NCBI GenBank assembly: GCA_035221665.1
Contig: CM069131.1
Span: forward strand, 132,122,001 to 132,186,000
Direction of reading: 5' to 3'
From: Okamejei kenojei
Taxonomy: Eukaryota
DNA: 64,000 nucleotides
Shown: positions 22,372 through 35,000 of the stretch, one piece after another
Layout of the letters: each line of letters begins with the position of its first letter
How positions within the stretch are numbered: the stretch's first letter is position 1
The notes under the pieces: generated by a model
Seen by the model: the letters and a program-made list of their open reading frames with translations, nothing else
What the model was told of the DNA's origin: nothing
Database searches by the model: none
Translations under genes and position numbers: made by a program

Positions 22372-23969
22372 CTGCTGGTGTGAGAACAATGAGCTGCTCT
22401 TGTAGCATTTAGAGGAGGATGTGGTATTATGTACTTTTGGACTCATGTGACATCTTGTGTTCTTGTTTTGAAACACTTGTTACATTTTTCAGTGATAAAA
22501 TTTTAAGTCAGAAAAATGTGACTCTGAAAACAACATTGCACACAATCTTATTGGAAACTGGTAATAATTCAAAATTAGTAATGACTTACAAAGCTCTTGC
22601 TATCTAAGGTCCACACTATAAACGTAACAGCATAAATATTGTGTATGCCAAACTAGGTCGTGCCACAAATATATTTAGAATTTAATTCATCTGCTTCATT
22701 CTTAATTTCAAATATTGATTAAAGTTGGCTGAGATAAAAAATAATACTAATTAATGTTTTGCTGACCAGAAAATATAAGCAATTTTGTATTATATTACTG
22801 AGAAATATTCCAGCATCCATCAATGCCTTCATTCCTTAATGTATCCCACCTAGTATTTAGTGCTGATTTTGGTATTGTACTAGCACATGTAAACTAACAA
22901 AAGTGTTAAAAATAGCTATAAAAAGGAAAGAAAAAAAATATTGTTTTAAAATTGTAGCTTTTATCACAACCAGTTTTGTGAATGGATCTGTGCTTGAAAA
23001 ATTAACCATCTATTCTCTGTAGTGAGCATTTTTTTAACCGTTTTTCTTATTATTCTGACCAAAATTGATAATGTAGGAATTTTCCAAGCCAATAATTCTA
23101 AATTATTACTTGTTTCAATGCCTGGGGAAGGTAACCGTCCTTGTAGTAATGCAATAAATATTTAAAAATTGATGAGTCGCGAGGAGACGTAAGATAGCGG
23201 AGTCAGGGGATGTGGGGAGACGGCAGGAACGGGGTACTGATTGGGGATGATCAGCCATGATCACATTGAATGGCGATGCTGGCTCGAAGGGCCAAATGGC
23301 CTACTCCTGCACCTATTGTCTATTGTCTATAAAGTGAAATTGTAGGGATTGAATAGTGGTTTCCTGACTAGATTGCTTCCTTCTTAATACCATGGCAAAG
23401 GGAATGACTGAATGGCTGCAGATTATTTTATAGGAGGATGGTGGTGGGTTGGAAATGACAGTCCAAGTCAAAAATGAAATGGCACAAAGAAAATGTGTTA
23501 AGGATTTTCAGGCAGAGCATCAGGAGCATGGACGAAAAAGCAACTGATTTGTTCTTCTCTGAGAGACGCAAAGAACTGCAAATGTTGGAATCATGAGCAA
23601 AACACAAAGTGCTGGAGGAACTCAATGGGTCAGGCAGCATCTGTGGAGGGAATGGACAGATTACATTTCAGATCTCTATTTCAGACTGCAGGATAAATTG
23701 TAGGGATGGAATTATGGTTTCCTGACTGGAATGTTTCTATCCTGAAACTAGGGCAAAGGGTATGAATTCCATATACCAGGGCCGAGAGACCACTTCTTCC
23801 AATCTCTCTTCATTGGCAGTTCCTTTAGGTTGAAATAAAACCAGTTACGATGAAAGATCTTAGACTTTAAATATTAACTGGCCTCCCATTCGCTAAATGC
23901 TGCTTGACTGAAAGAGTTCTTCCTGCTTTTGTTTCAGATTCCAGTATCATTGTTTTTTTTTTCTTTTCT

Positions 23970-24205
23970 CTTTAAGTTGAAGATGACTTGCTTCTATTCC
24001 CGTTCTTTGAAGCCTGAGGGGGTTGATGTGGGTTTGGCAGACTCCCCTTGGTGGGGCAGGAGGTGCATGATGTGTAAATTGATGAAGCCCGCCTTCCACT
24101 TTCTCTGGGCTGCCACGCATTCCAGTGGAAGAGAGTTAAGGTCCACAGTGCCATCCTGGATGCTTCTTCTCAATTTTGAGTGGTCGCGGACCAGAGACTC
24201 CCAGT
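23970..24205 (-). mobile_element. RTE-like LINE 3' fragment
   Basis: WESLVRDHSKLRRSIQDG motif (ORF 23994..24242); a similar fragment lies at ~54790-55170. Confidence 0.5.
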
Positions 24206-25989
24206 GAAGATGAAGGTGTGGAATCACAAATAAGCAGCACAAATAAGCACCATCGTAAGGACCATGGACATCATTACATACACAGTACAGGGCAACTTAA
24301 TAAGATAGTTTAAAATCTTAGGTTTATAAACAACAGTAAATGACATGAAAACAAACATGATTGGAACGTTGGTTGGACTTTAACTGAAGGAATGCGACTA
24401 TATTTTAGGAGTTTTTCAAAGACTTCGAAATGTTTCGCTTCTTGAGGGGATTCATGAGGTTACTACCAGTAATGAGGTATTTTATGAGTGGCTGTCAATT
24501 TGTGAATTTATGGAATTCCCTGCCACAGAGGGCAGTGGAGGCCAAATCACTGGATGGATTTAAGAGAGAGTTAGATAGAGCTCTTAGGGGCTAGTGGAGT
24601 CAAGGGATATGGGGAGAAAGCAGGCACGGGTTATTGTTAGGGGACGATCAGCCATGATCACAATGAATGGCGGTGCTGGCTCGAAGGGCCGAATGGCCTC
24701 ATCCTGCACCTATTTTCTATGTTTCTATGTTTCAAAGTTAGGATGATTTTCTTAAGAAGAGAAAATGTTAAAAGGTGAATGACAATGATGTTTTCAAGGT
24801 GATGACAAAGAAAAAACATTGGTGTCACAGGTGGTCAATAATCAAGAATCATAAAGTCATCGACAAATGACCTCAAAGGGAGATAAAGATACTTTCCTTC
24901 ACTGGATCTGGAATATGCAAGCTAAAAAGTTTTTTTTTAAGTTTTGTTTATTACTGTCATGTTTACAGAGCTTGTTCTGTATACCACCCAGTCAAATCAT
25001 ACACTACATGAGAACAAAGATGAATTCCATAACTATTTACAAGTAGGAGATGGACAGGTGCTTGGGAAAGAACATAATTCAGAATTATAGTCAAAAAGGA
25101 GGGAAACGAGACTAAACATGACTGCTCTTCTAAGACCCAGGGTGGGGTGGGAGATTGCAACCTTCACGTGGGCCACCATGTTTCGACTAATGCAATCAAC
25201 CCGACATGCACAAACAAATAGATCAAATAGAATAAGTTGACCTACAACTTGAGGCTGTGCAAGCTATACGCAAGACGAAGAAAGACCCAGGGTAAGTTCA
25301 ATGGACATGAAGCATTTAGTGTTATTGACTGGCGATTAAGTATTGTTTGATTTTACTCCTGTACTGATTGATTCAGGTTGATATGTATTAAGTTGTTTCC
25401 AATGGATTAAAGGTAGATCACCACATAAGTAAAAGAAGGGAACTCTGATAAGTGAATGCAGATAAATGAACCAGGACTTGATGGGATCTTGGATATTGAA
25501 AATTGTATAGGATGAGAGCACAAGTATCTGGGAGAATGACTGGAAGGAATTTGGAGTAGCTGATGTCAAAGGGAATGAATGGATGGAGGAAGGTTTCATT
25601 TGTTGATTATCAGAAACAGAGTGGAGGTAAGAAGAGCAATTTGTTTTATAACGTATTTGAGTTCTTGTGGCGTATGTAACTTGTCTTTTATTTTCCATCC
25701 AGTTTCTTACTTTCAGCTGTAACCTGCAATTGTTTTGCACAATGAGCTGGTCAACCGACCTTCGCATATGTGTCAGAGTTTCCGTGCTACGGAACTGGTG
25801 AACATAAACCACAAAGTCACACGTTTGAAAGATGTTTTATTCAAATTTATGTGAATTTCAACTGATATTTTCCAGACCACACATGTTACTTGTCACCTAA
25901 GTGACAGGGCAGGACTGAACTTATTGATATTACAATTTTGAATTTTACTTGCGACAATGAAAGTAGCTAGGCACAAATTTGTCCTCAGT

Positions 25990-27360
25990 TAGAAACATAG
26001 AAAATAGGTGAAGGAGGAGGCCATTTGGCCCTTCGAGCCAGCACCACCATTCATTGTGATCATGGCTGATCGTCTCCTATCAATAACCTGTGCCTGCCTT
26101 CTCCCCATATTCCTTGAATCCACTAGCCCCTAGAGCTCTATCTAACTCTCTCTTAAATCCATCCAGTGACTTGGCCACCACTGCACTCTGTGGCAGGGAA
26201 TTCCATAAATTCACAACTCTCTGGGTGAAAAAGTTTTTTCTCACTTCAGTCTTAAATGACCTCCCCTTTATTCTAAGACTGTTGCCCCTGGTTCTGGACT
26301 TGCACCCAACATTGGGAACATTTTTCCTGCATCTAGCTTGTCCAGTAGTTTTATAATTTTATATGTTTCTACAAGATATCCCCTCATCCTTCTAAACTCC
26401 AGTGAGTACAAGCCTAGTCTTTTCAATCTTTCCTCATATGACAGTCCCGCCATCCCAGGGATCAATCTCGTGAACCTACGCTGCACTGCCTCAATCACAA
26501 GGATGTCCTTCCTCAAATTAGGAGACCAAAACTGTACACAATACTCCAGATGTGGTCTCACCAGAGCCCTATACAACTGCAGAAGAACCTCTTTACTCTT
26601 ATACTGAAATCGTCTTGTTATGAAGGCCATGGTTCACACTGCCACCCAGCTTTGTGTCATCCGCAAACTTGCTAGTGTTGCTCCTAATTCCCTCTTCCAA
26701 ATCATTAATATATATGGTAAACAGTTGTGGCCCCAACACCGAGCCTTGCGGCACTCCACTCACCACTGCCTGCCATTCTGAAAAGGACCCGTTCACTCCT
26801 ACTCTTTGCTTCCGGTCTGCCAAGCAATTTTCTATCCATGTCAACACCCTACCCCCAATATCATGTGCTCTAATGTTAGTCACCAGTCTCCCGTGCGGGA
26901 CCTTATCAAAGGCTTTCTGAAAGTCTAGATACACTACATCCACTGGCACCCCTTCATGCATTTTACTTGTTACATCCTCAAAAAATTCCAGAAGATTAGG
27001 CAAGCATGATTTTCCTTTCATAAATCCATGCTGACTTGGACTAATCCTTTTACTGCTATCCAAATGCCCCATTATTACCTTTTTAATAATTGACTCCAGC
27101 ATCTTTCCCACCACCGAACTCAGGCTAACTGGTCTGTAATTCCCCATTTTCTCTCGCTCCTTTCTTGAAAAGTAGGATAACATTAGCTATCCTCCAATCC
27201 ACAGGAACTGATCCTGAATCCATTGAACATTGGAAAATGATCACCAATGCGGCCACTATTTCTAGAGCCACCTCCCTGAAGACCCTGGGATGCAGACCAT
27301 CGGGCCCAGGGGATTTATCATCCTTCAGTCCCATTAGCCTACCCAATAATATTTCTCGCT
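25990..27360 (-). mobile_element. CR1 LINE RT and 3' end, with an internal deletion
   Basis: ORFs 26268..26630, 26599..27183 (QGSVLGP, KFADD); same subfamily as 3346-4508. Confidence 0.9.
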
Positions 27361-28727
27361 TTAGCTTTATTAAGTACACATATATAATAGTAACATTATA
27401 TTCCACTTTCAAAATCTGGCTCCATTGACCAGTAATGCAGATTTAGTGCTGGCGCAGAGAGTCATAGAGTCATACAGTGTGGAAACAGACCCTTTGGCCC
27501 AACTTGCCCAAGCTGATCATCATGTCCCATCTACACTAGTCCCACCTGCCTGTGTTTGATCTATGTTCCTCTATCCTTGTCCTATTCGTGTACCTGTCTA
27601 AATGTTTCTTAAATGTAGCAATATTACCTGCCTCCACGACCTCCTCCAGCAGCTCATTCCATGCACCCACCACCCTTTATGTAAAAAAGTTACCCCTCGA
27701 GTTCCTATTAAATATATTCCCCCTCACCTTAAACTTATGTCCGCTGGAAAAGGTTTCAATTCATGAGGATGGATTTCTGCCCAATTATTCTACACTATCA
27801 AAGATAATTAACAGTCAAGCATAAAACAAAATGATGGGGGAGTTTGGTGGAGCTGTTAATTGTTTGCTTGTGATTTCAGCATCTGAATTGATTGTGTCTC
27901 TTATCAAAAGACAATATTAACTAGAGGGGAAATATTACTCATTTAGCATTGCAAAGATTGTATATAGAACTCTTCTCTCCTACCAATAAGTTGATCAGTG
28001 TAGAGCACAGCCTGTTGAAGATGTCCATTTACAGTGTCACAAACTGTAGGAAGCAAGATTAATTCTGTGATGGAATTAACAAATTGGTGGGCTATTGAGA
28101 GGCCAGCGTTAGTGGACATAAGGACAAGAGAAAGAAAATTGGACCAGGCCATTCAGCCCCTAACATTTGCTCTGCCATTCAGTGAGCTTGTGGCTGACCC
28201 TCTAACTGAATGACACATGCTTGCACTAACCCTTTTCCTTTAATTCTCTGAGCATCGTAAAATCTGTTGGTCCCTGTCTTCAATGTACTCGGTGACTAAG
28301 CCTTCACAGCCTTCTTCAGTGGTGAATTACAAAGATTCACAGGCCCCAGATCCAATTACCACACTCTTTATTTTGAGAATGCCATCCTGTCAAGGCTCAT
28401 AAGAATTTTGCCTATTTAACCTCCAGTTCTTTCAGACTCAAGAGAGTGCAGCTACAATCTGTTTAACTTTGCCTTGTATGACAAACTGCCATCCCAAGGA
28501 CTAATCTGGTGAATATTCCCTGTGCTTCCAATATTGCTAATATATCTTTCTTTAGGTAGAAGGATTAGACCCGGACAAAAAAAAAGCAGATGCAGACTCA
28601 CCGGTGTCATGATATGGATATATGGTCCAACATGCATCCAAAGGAGGCTTTGGACAGAGTGCAAAAGAGATTTGTCAGAATGCTGTCTATATTAACAGGT
28701 ATTAGCAAAAAAGAGAGGTTACATAGA

Positions 28728-30905
28728 TACAAAGATAATAGGTGCAGGAGTAGGCCATTCGACCCTTTGAGCCAGCACCGCCATTCAATGTGATAATGGC
28801 TGATCATCCACAATCCGTACCCCATTTCTGCCTTCTCCCCATATCCCTTGATTCCGCTAGCCCTAAGAGCGATATCTAACTCTCTTTTGAATGTATCTAG
28901 TGAATCGGCCTCCACTGCTGAGGCAAATCATTCCACAAATTCACAACTCTGTGTTAAAAAGTTTTTCCTCATCTCAGTTCTAAATGGCCCAGCCTTATTC
29001 TTAAATTGTGGCCACTGGTTCTGGACTCCCCCAACATCGGAAACATGTTTCCTGCCTCTAGCATGCCCAATCCCTTAATAATCTTAAATGTTTCAATAAG
29101 ATCCCCTCTCATCCTTCTAAATTCCAGTGAATACAAGCCCACTCGCTCCATTCTTTCATCATATGACAGTTCCGCCATCCCGGGAATTAACCTCGTGAAC
29201 CTAAGCTGCACTCCCTTAGTAGTAAGAATGTCCATCCGCAAATTAGTAGACCAAAACTGCACATAGTACTCCAGGTGTGATCTCAACAGGCCTCTGTACA
29301 ACTGCAGAAGGACCTCTTTGCTTCTGTATTCAACACATGTCGTTATGAAGGCCAACATGCCATTAGCTTTCTTCACTGCCTGCTGTACCTGCATGCTTAC
29401 TTTCATTGACTGATGTACAAGGACACCCAGATCCCGTTGTACTTCCCATTTTCCGAACCTGACACCATTCAGATAATAATCTGCCTTCCTGTTCTTGCCA
29501 CCAAAGTGGATAGCCTCACATTTATCCACATTATACTGCATCTGCCCACTCCCAGTCACCCTGCATCCTCATACTGCCACCCAGCTCGTGAACTCGGGAC
29601 TCGTGAATTCCTACACTTAGTTTCCTGTCTGCCAACCAATTTTCTATCCATGTCAATACTCTACCCCCCCAATACCATGTGCTCTAATTTTGCCCACAAA
29701 TCTCCTGTGAGGGACCTTATCAAAGGCTTTCTGAAAGTCCAATTACATTACATCCACTGACTCTTCCTTGTCCATTTTGCTTGTTACATCCTCAAAAAGT
29801 TCCAGAAGATTAGTCAAGCATGATATCCCCTTCGTAAATCTATGCTGACTTGGGCCGACCCTGTTACTGTTAACCAAATGCGCCGTTATTACATCTTTAA
29901 TAATCAACTCCAGCATCTTCCCCACCACTGATGTCAGGCTACATAGAAACATAGGAAATTAGGATGCAAGTAGGCCATTCAAATTGCTTTCTTGTGATCT
30001 TCCTGCATTTTTGTAAGTTTCTGAAATTTATTAAAAAGTGAGATAACATTAGCAACCCTCCAATCCACAGGAACTGATCCAGAATCCATAGAACATTGGA
30101 GAATGATCACCAATCCGTCCACGACTTCTAGTGCCACCTCCTTGAGTACCCTGGGATGTAGACCATCAGGCCCTGGGGATTTATCAGCCTTCAGTCCCAT
30201 TGGTCTACCCAACATGGCTTCCCATTCATCTTTGCTATGTTATACGTCTTATCTTTTATTTTTATACTGCCCTTGACTTCAGTTATCAGCCACGGTCGCC
30301 TCTTACTCCCCTTAGAATTTTTCTTCCTCTTTGGAATGAAATAATCCTGCATCTTCTGGATTATTCCCAGAAACACGTGCCATTTCTGTTCCACCATCAT
30401 TCCTGCTAGGGTCCCTTTCCAGTCAACTTTGGCCAGCTCCTCCCTCATGCCTCCATAGTCCCCTTTGTTCAACTGCAATACTGACACTTCCGATTTTGCC
30501 TTCTCCCTTGCAAATTGCAGATCAAAACTTATCATATTATGGTCACTACCTCCTAATAGTTCCTTTACCTTGAGTTTCCTTATCAAATCTGGTTAATTAC
30601 ACAACACTATATTCAGAGTTGTCTTCTCCCTGGTAAGCTCCAGCACAAGCTGCTCTAAGAATCCATCTCGGAGGCACTCTACAAGCTCCCTTTCTTGGGG
30701 TCCAATACCAACCTGATTTTCCATGTCTACCTGCATGTTAAAATCTCCCACAACCACTAAAGGATTACCTTTGTTACATGCCAATTTTAACTCCTGATGC
30801 AACTTGCACCCTATCTCCAGACTACTGTTTGGGGGCCTGTAGATAACTGCCATTAGGATCTTTTTACCCATATAATTTCTAAGTTCCATCCACAATGCCT
30901 CTGCA
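28728..30905 (-). mobile_element. CR1 LINE with endonuclease and RT pieces, several internal deletions
   Basis: ORFs 28969..29559, 30191..30586 (SDHN), 30593..30916 (YRPPNS, VVGDFN). Confidence 0.85.
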
Positions 30906-32082
30906 TCTTTGGACAAACTTGGATCGTTTTCTCTGGAATGCAGAGGCTGAGGGAAGACCTGATATAACCAGATAGAATTATGAGAGGCATAGATAGGGTA
31001 AAACTTCAGAAGCTTTTCCAGGATGGAAATGTCAAAGATTACATGGGATACGTTTAAGGTGAAATGTTACTTAACATTTTAGGTGTTACACACGTCATAC
31101 ATAGTTTTAAGGAGATATGTGAGGCACGTTTTTTTTTATACAGAGAGTGATAGATGCCTGGAACTTGCTACTGGAGGTGGGGAAAAATACAAAGGTGGCA
31201 ATTAACAAGGATTTTGGACACACATATGGATATTCAGGCTATGAACAGTTATTCATCACGTCCAGGTAAAGGAAATTAGTGTTATTCAGCATCATGTTCA
31301 GCGGCAACATTGTGAGCTGAAAGCCTGTTCCTGTGCTATACTGACTTATGTTCTATGTTCTAAGATGAAATATAACACCAAGAGTGGAAATAGGTTAGAG
31401 CTTGCACAGTGGAAAATTTAAACAGATTTTGTGCAATTGCCCATTGAGCACCATATCACGACGAGTTCAGCATCATTACTGCCCAAACAGTGTGTTCTGT
31501 TGCGCTGAATTCTGTGGTTTCTAATGTTTCTGATTTGCACATTCTGATTAGATCACAGAGATAAAAAACAACAACACTCACTCCACAGATCAGGGAGTAC
31601 CTGTGGAAGGAGTTACAGAATTAACATTTTGATTTGATGATCTTTTATCACATGTGTATTTAGACCTTTTGTTTTGGTTTAATATCTATATTTAAAATGA
31701 ACATGTCTGCATAGCCCTTAAAGCTATTAAAATCAATTTAAAATGTCACCAAATCATATGATAACTTTCTAACTTTTTACTGTTTGTTTGCATTGCTGAT
31801 AAAAATATTTTAAATGGCTCGTGTTGATGAAATTATTGGGGGAATCTGCCACAGGAAGTGATTCTTTTTAAATTGGCTTTGCTTAAATGTAATTCTAGGT
31901 GGGCAGACTTCACTGAGATGGCTCAGTCATTTATGTTTTAAATCTAGTTTTCTTAGAATGGAGAGCGACCTTAAATAAAGTGCCAGATTTAGTAACACCA
32001 GAGAGCAGCTACTGGATGTCAGTGTCCTGGAACCTGAATTAAAACAAACCGAAATTGAAAGCAGCCACAGTGATAGCAAATT

Positions 32083-35000
32083 AGAAACATAGAAACATAG
32101 AAAATAGGTGCAGGAGGAGGCCCTTCATACCAGCACCGCCATTCATTGTGATCATGGTTAATTGTCCCCAATCAATAACCCGTGCCAGCCTTCTCCCCAT
32201 ATCCCTTGATTCCACTAGCCCCTAGAACTCTATCTCTCTCTTAAATCCATCCAGTGATTTAGCCTCCACTGCCCTCTGTGGCAGGGAATTTTACTTCGGA
32301 GTCACGTGAGTGATTCCGTGAAGAACCCCGTCCAGGCCGCATGCACGTCAGTAAATCAGCCGCATTGGCGCAAGCACCAGACTGGCAGGGCAGCGCTCCT
32401 GTCAGCGGTAAGTTAAACCTAGAAGGTAAGTTCGTTTTTACTAACCAGGGTTTTTTTCACACAGGCGCCTCTCTTCACAGAGGTTTTCCTGCCAGTTTCG
32501 CAGCCCGACGAGTAAACCAGTTATGGACTGGGAATACCCCGGTCCGACCGCGGAAGCGGATAACCGGCAAAAGGTTCGGGTGGTGAGATAAGGCAGTCAG
32601 TGGCTTCCAGCCTGCGGGGATGCCTTAGAATGGCAAGGAAATGACGCCAGAGTCGCTGACAGTGCGGTCAGCGGCTCACAAACATCGGTCCCCAAGCAGG
32701 GAATAAAATTGGTGAGAAAGGACTCGTTCAGCCCTATTTGGACTCTGGTGAGATGGGCTACAAGGGTTTTTCTTTTAATAATAAAGTTTAATGTATGTTA
32801 TAGTGTTTTTCTTAAAGTTAAAAGTTAAAGGCAGTTAAAAGTCATAAAAAAGTTATTGTCATATGTCCCTGACAATGACATTTTTCTTGTTTAGCACGTT
32901 GCTGTGAAGCGTTAAAAATTGCTTTAACCCTTCACAGGTAAAGCTGTACACTAAAAATTTTGATTTAGTGAGCCGACACTGTAATAGCGTGAGCCTATGG
33001 GACAGGCAGCGCTTGACAGTGCTGCTTCATGTATGAAAGTGCCGGCCTACGGGAGAGCTGAGCCAGCAGCGCCTGATACAGGGCTGTTTCATTTGTGACA
33101 TTGCCGGCCTACGGGAGAGCCGCGCCAGCAGCACCTGGTACAGGGCTGTTTCATGTCAAAAAGCGCCGGCCTCAACGAGAGGCGGCACCGGCAATGCCTG
33201 GAACAGGGTTGCTCAAATTCACCCAAGTCTGTTACACCCACAGAGTCGGGGGATGATTCCCCACCGGGGCTGGTTAGCAAGGCCCATGGAGTTGGGGGAT
33301 GATTCCTCATCGGGGCTGGATAGTGCATTTGAAACGACTATCCCAAATGCAGCAACTGTTGCATACAGTGCTACAGCAGGGCACATGCCAACAGGAGGAG
33401 TGTCAGCACCACCCTGAACAAAAAGGCGCCAGCAACATCTAGTAGAGAACTGTTTGATAGCAGCTTCATAGATGAGGAGGCGCGAGCCATGGGTTATTTT
33501 AGTTCTGACCCCGACTCTACAGAGCTGCTACAGGTCTCCCTCTTGGAGGCAGAGACCAAGACGGGTCAGTATCCTGCTGGCGCTGAGTCTCAGGGTATGG
33601 CCGTGGGGCATACCCAAAGGGATGAATGGCAAGTGTCAGAGGTACCCTTTCCTGACAACAAATTTGCCATCCCAGCAGAATGTTCTACTCGGGTATAGGT
33701 CCAATGGGTTCATATCAGTATAGGTATCCTGCGGCCTGCGGCAGCGCCTGTTCAGGGCTACCTACGAATCACCCTCTCTGAGGAGGGGGAGCAAAAGGTC
33801 AAGATATAACTGACTCCAAGCTCTAAAGAAGTCAATGGAACATAGTGACGCACATTTGTATTGTATTCAATTTATTGTCATTATCTCATTTTAGTGACAA
33901 TGAAATGGATTTTCCTTACAGTCAAGTAACATAAAAGCAAATAATAAATAAATAAACATTTTTAAAAAAGCACAAACACAGAAGTCCACACACAACATAA
34001 CCCCACAGCGGCACCAGAGTTAAGGAAGGTACCATAGTCCAGCCAGCTTCCCCGCCGATCTTCCCAGATGTTCACTCGTGGTCGGGGCCTCCCGAGCACC
34101 TGCAGTCGCTGCCACGGGCGGCCCGATGCTCAGGCCCTCTTGCCGGGAAGGATGGAACCCTGACGCCGAACCCCGACGGAGAACATGCTCAGCGGCCCGG
34201 ACCTACAAATCAGCCACCTCCCACCGGAGTCCACAGCTCCCGAAGACCACAGGCCGAGCCGGGCGACAGTGAACAGCGCCAACAGGGGGATGTGAGAGCC
34301 AGCTGCCGAATCTGTTATTCAAGTAGGCCTATTCAACAGGGGAAGAAAACCTGGTAGACTAATCAATTAAGGTCAATGGCGGGCAAAGGTCATCAATTCA
34401 GAACGCACCCCAGGTGCTCATCGGCAGTAGGCAGTTCACTGAAGCTGGGGGCGGCATGATAGCTCAAATTCCATGCACCTTACCAACCCTACTCAACAAA
34501 GTGGGTCTAGCACTTCCAAAACATTGACAAGTTCACCGTTCACAAGTTGTAAAATTTACAATTGTTATACAACACACAAAGGATAAAAACATCTGGTTGA
34601 GGGGAATAAGGCAGTAGTGGCATGTTTATTATGAGAAATGGAGAGTATCAGGCACATGAACTTTCCGAATATGAAAACTTATTTTCCTGACTAACAACAG
34701 ATTCATAAGAGTCTCAAAGATCCATGCTATGCAATTCCCATTGCAGAGGTTCTCAAAGACAATATAACTGTACTAATAACAGTAAAACATTGCGGAATGG
34801 GATAAACTGTTCGTTGGTCATTGGGATTTACCTTTAACTATTAATTAGCCTATGACTCTGCCCTGTGGCAAGAGATTGGAGTTAATAGCAACCTGTTATA
34901 AACTGACTTTTATTTCATCAAGAGTAATTGGCAATGTAGTAGCTGTGTTTCAACTGAGCAAATCAAGGAACTGGTATTGTGCAAAGTAGCGACCTCTCAA

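Noticed and set aside
25336-25812. 158-aa minus-strand ORF
   Set aside because: No recognisable motif or convincing splice sites; likely a chance ORF
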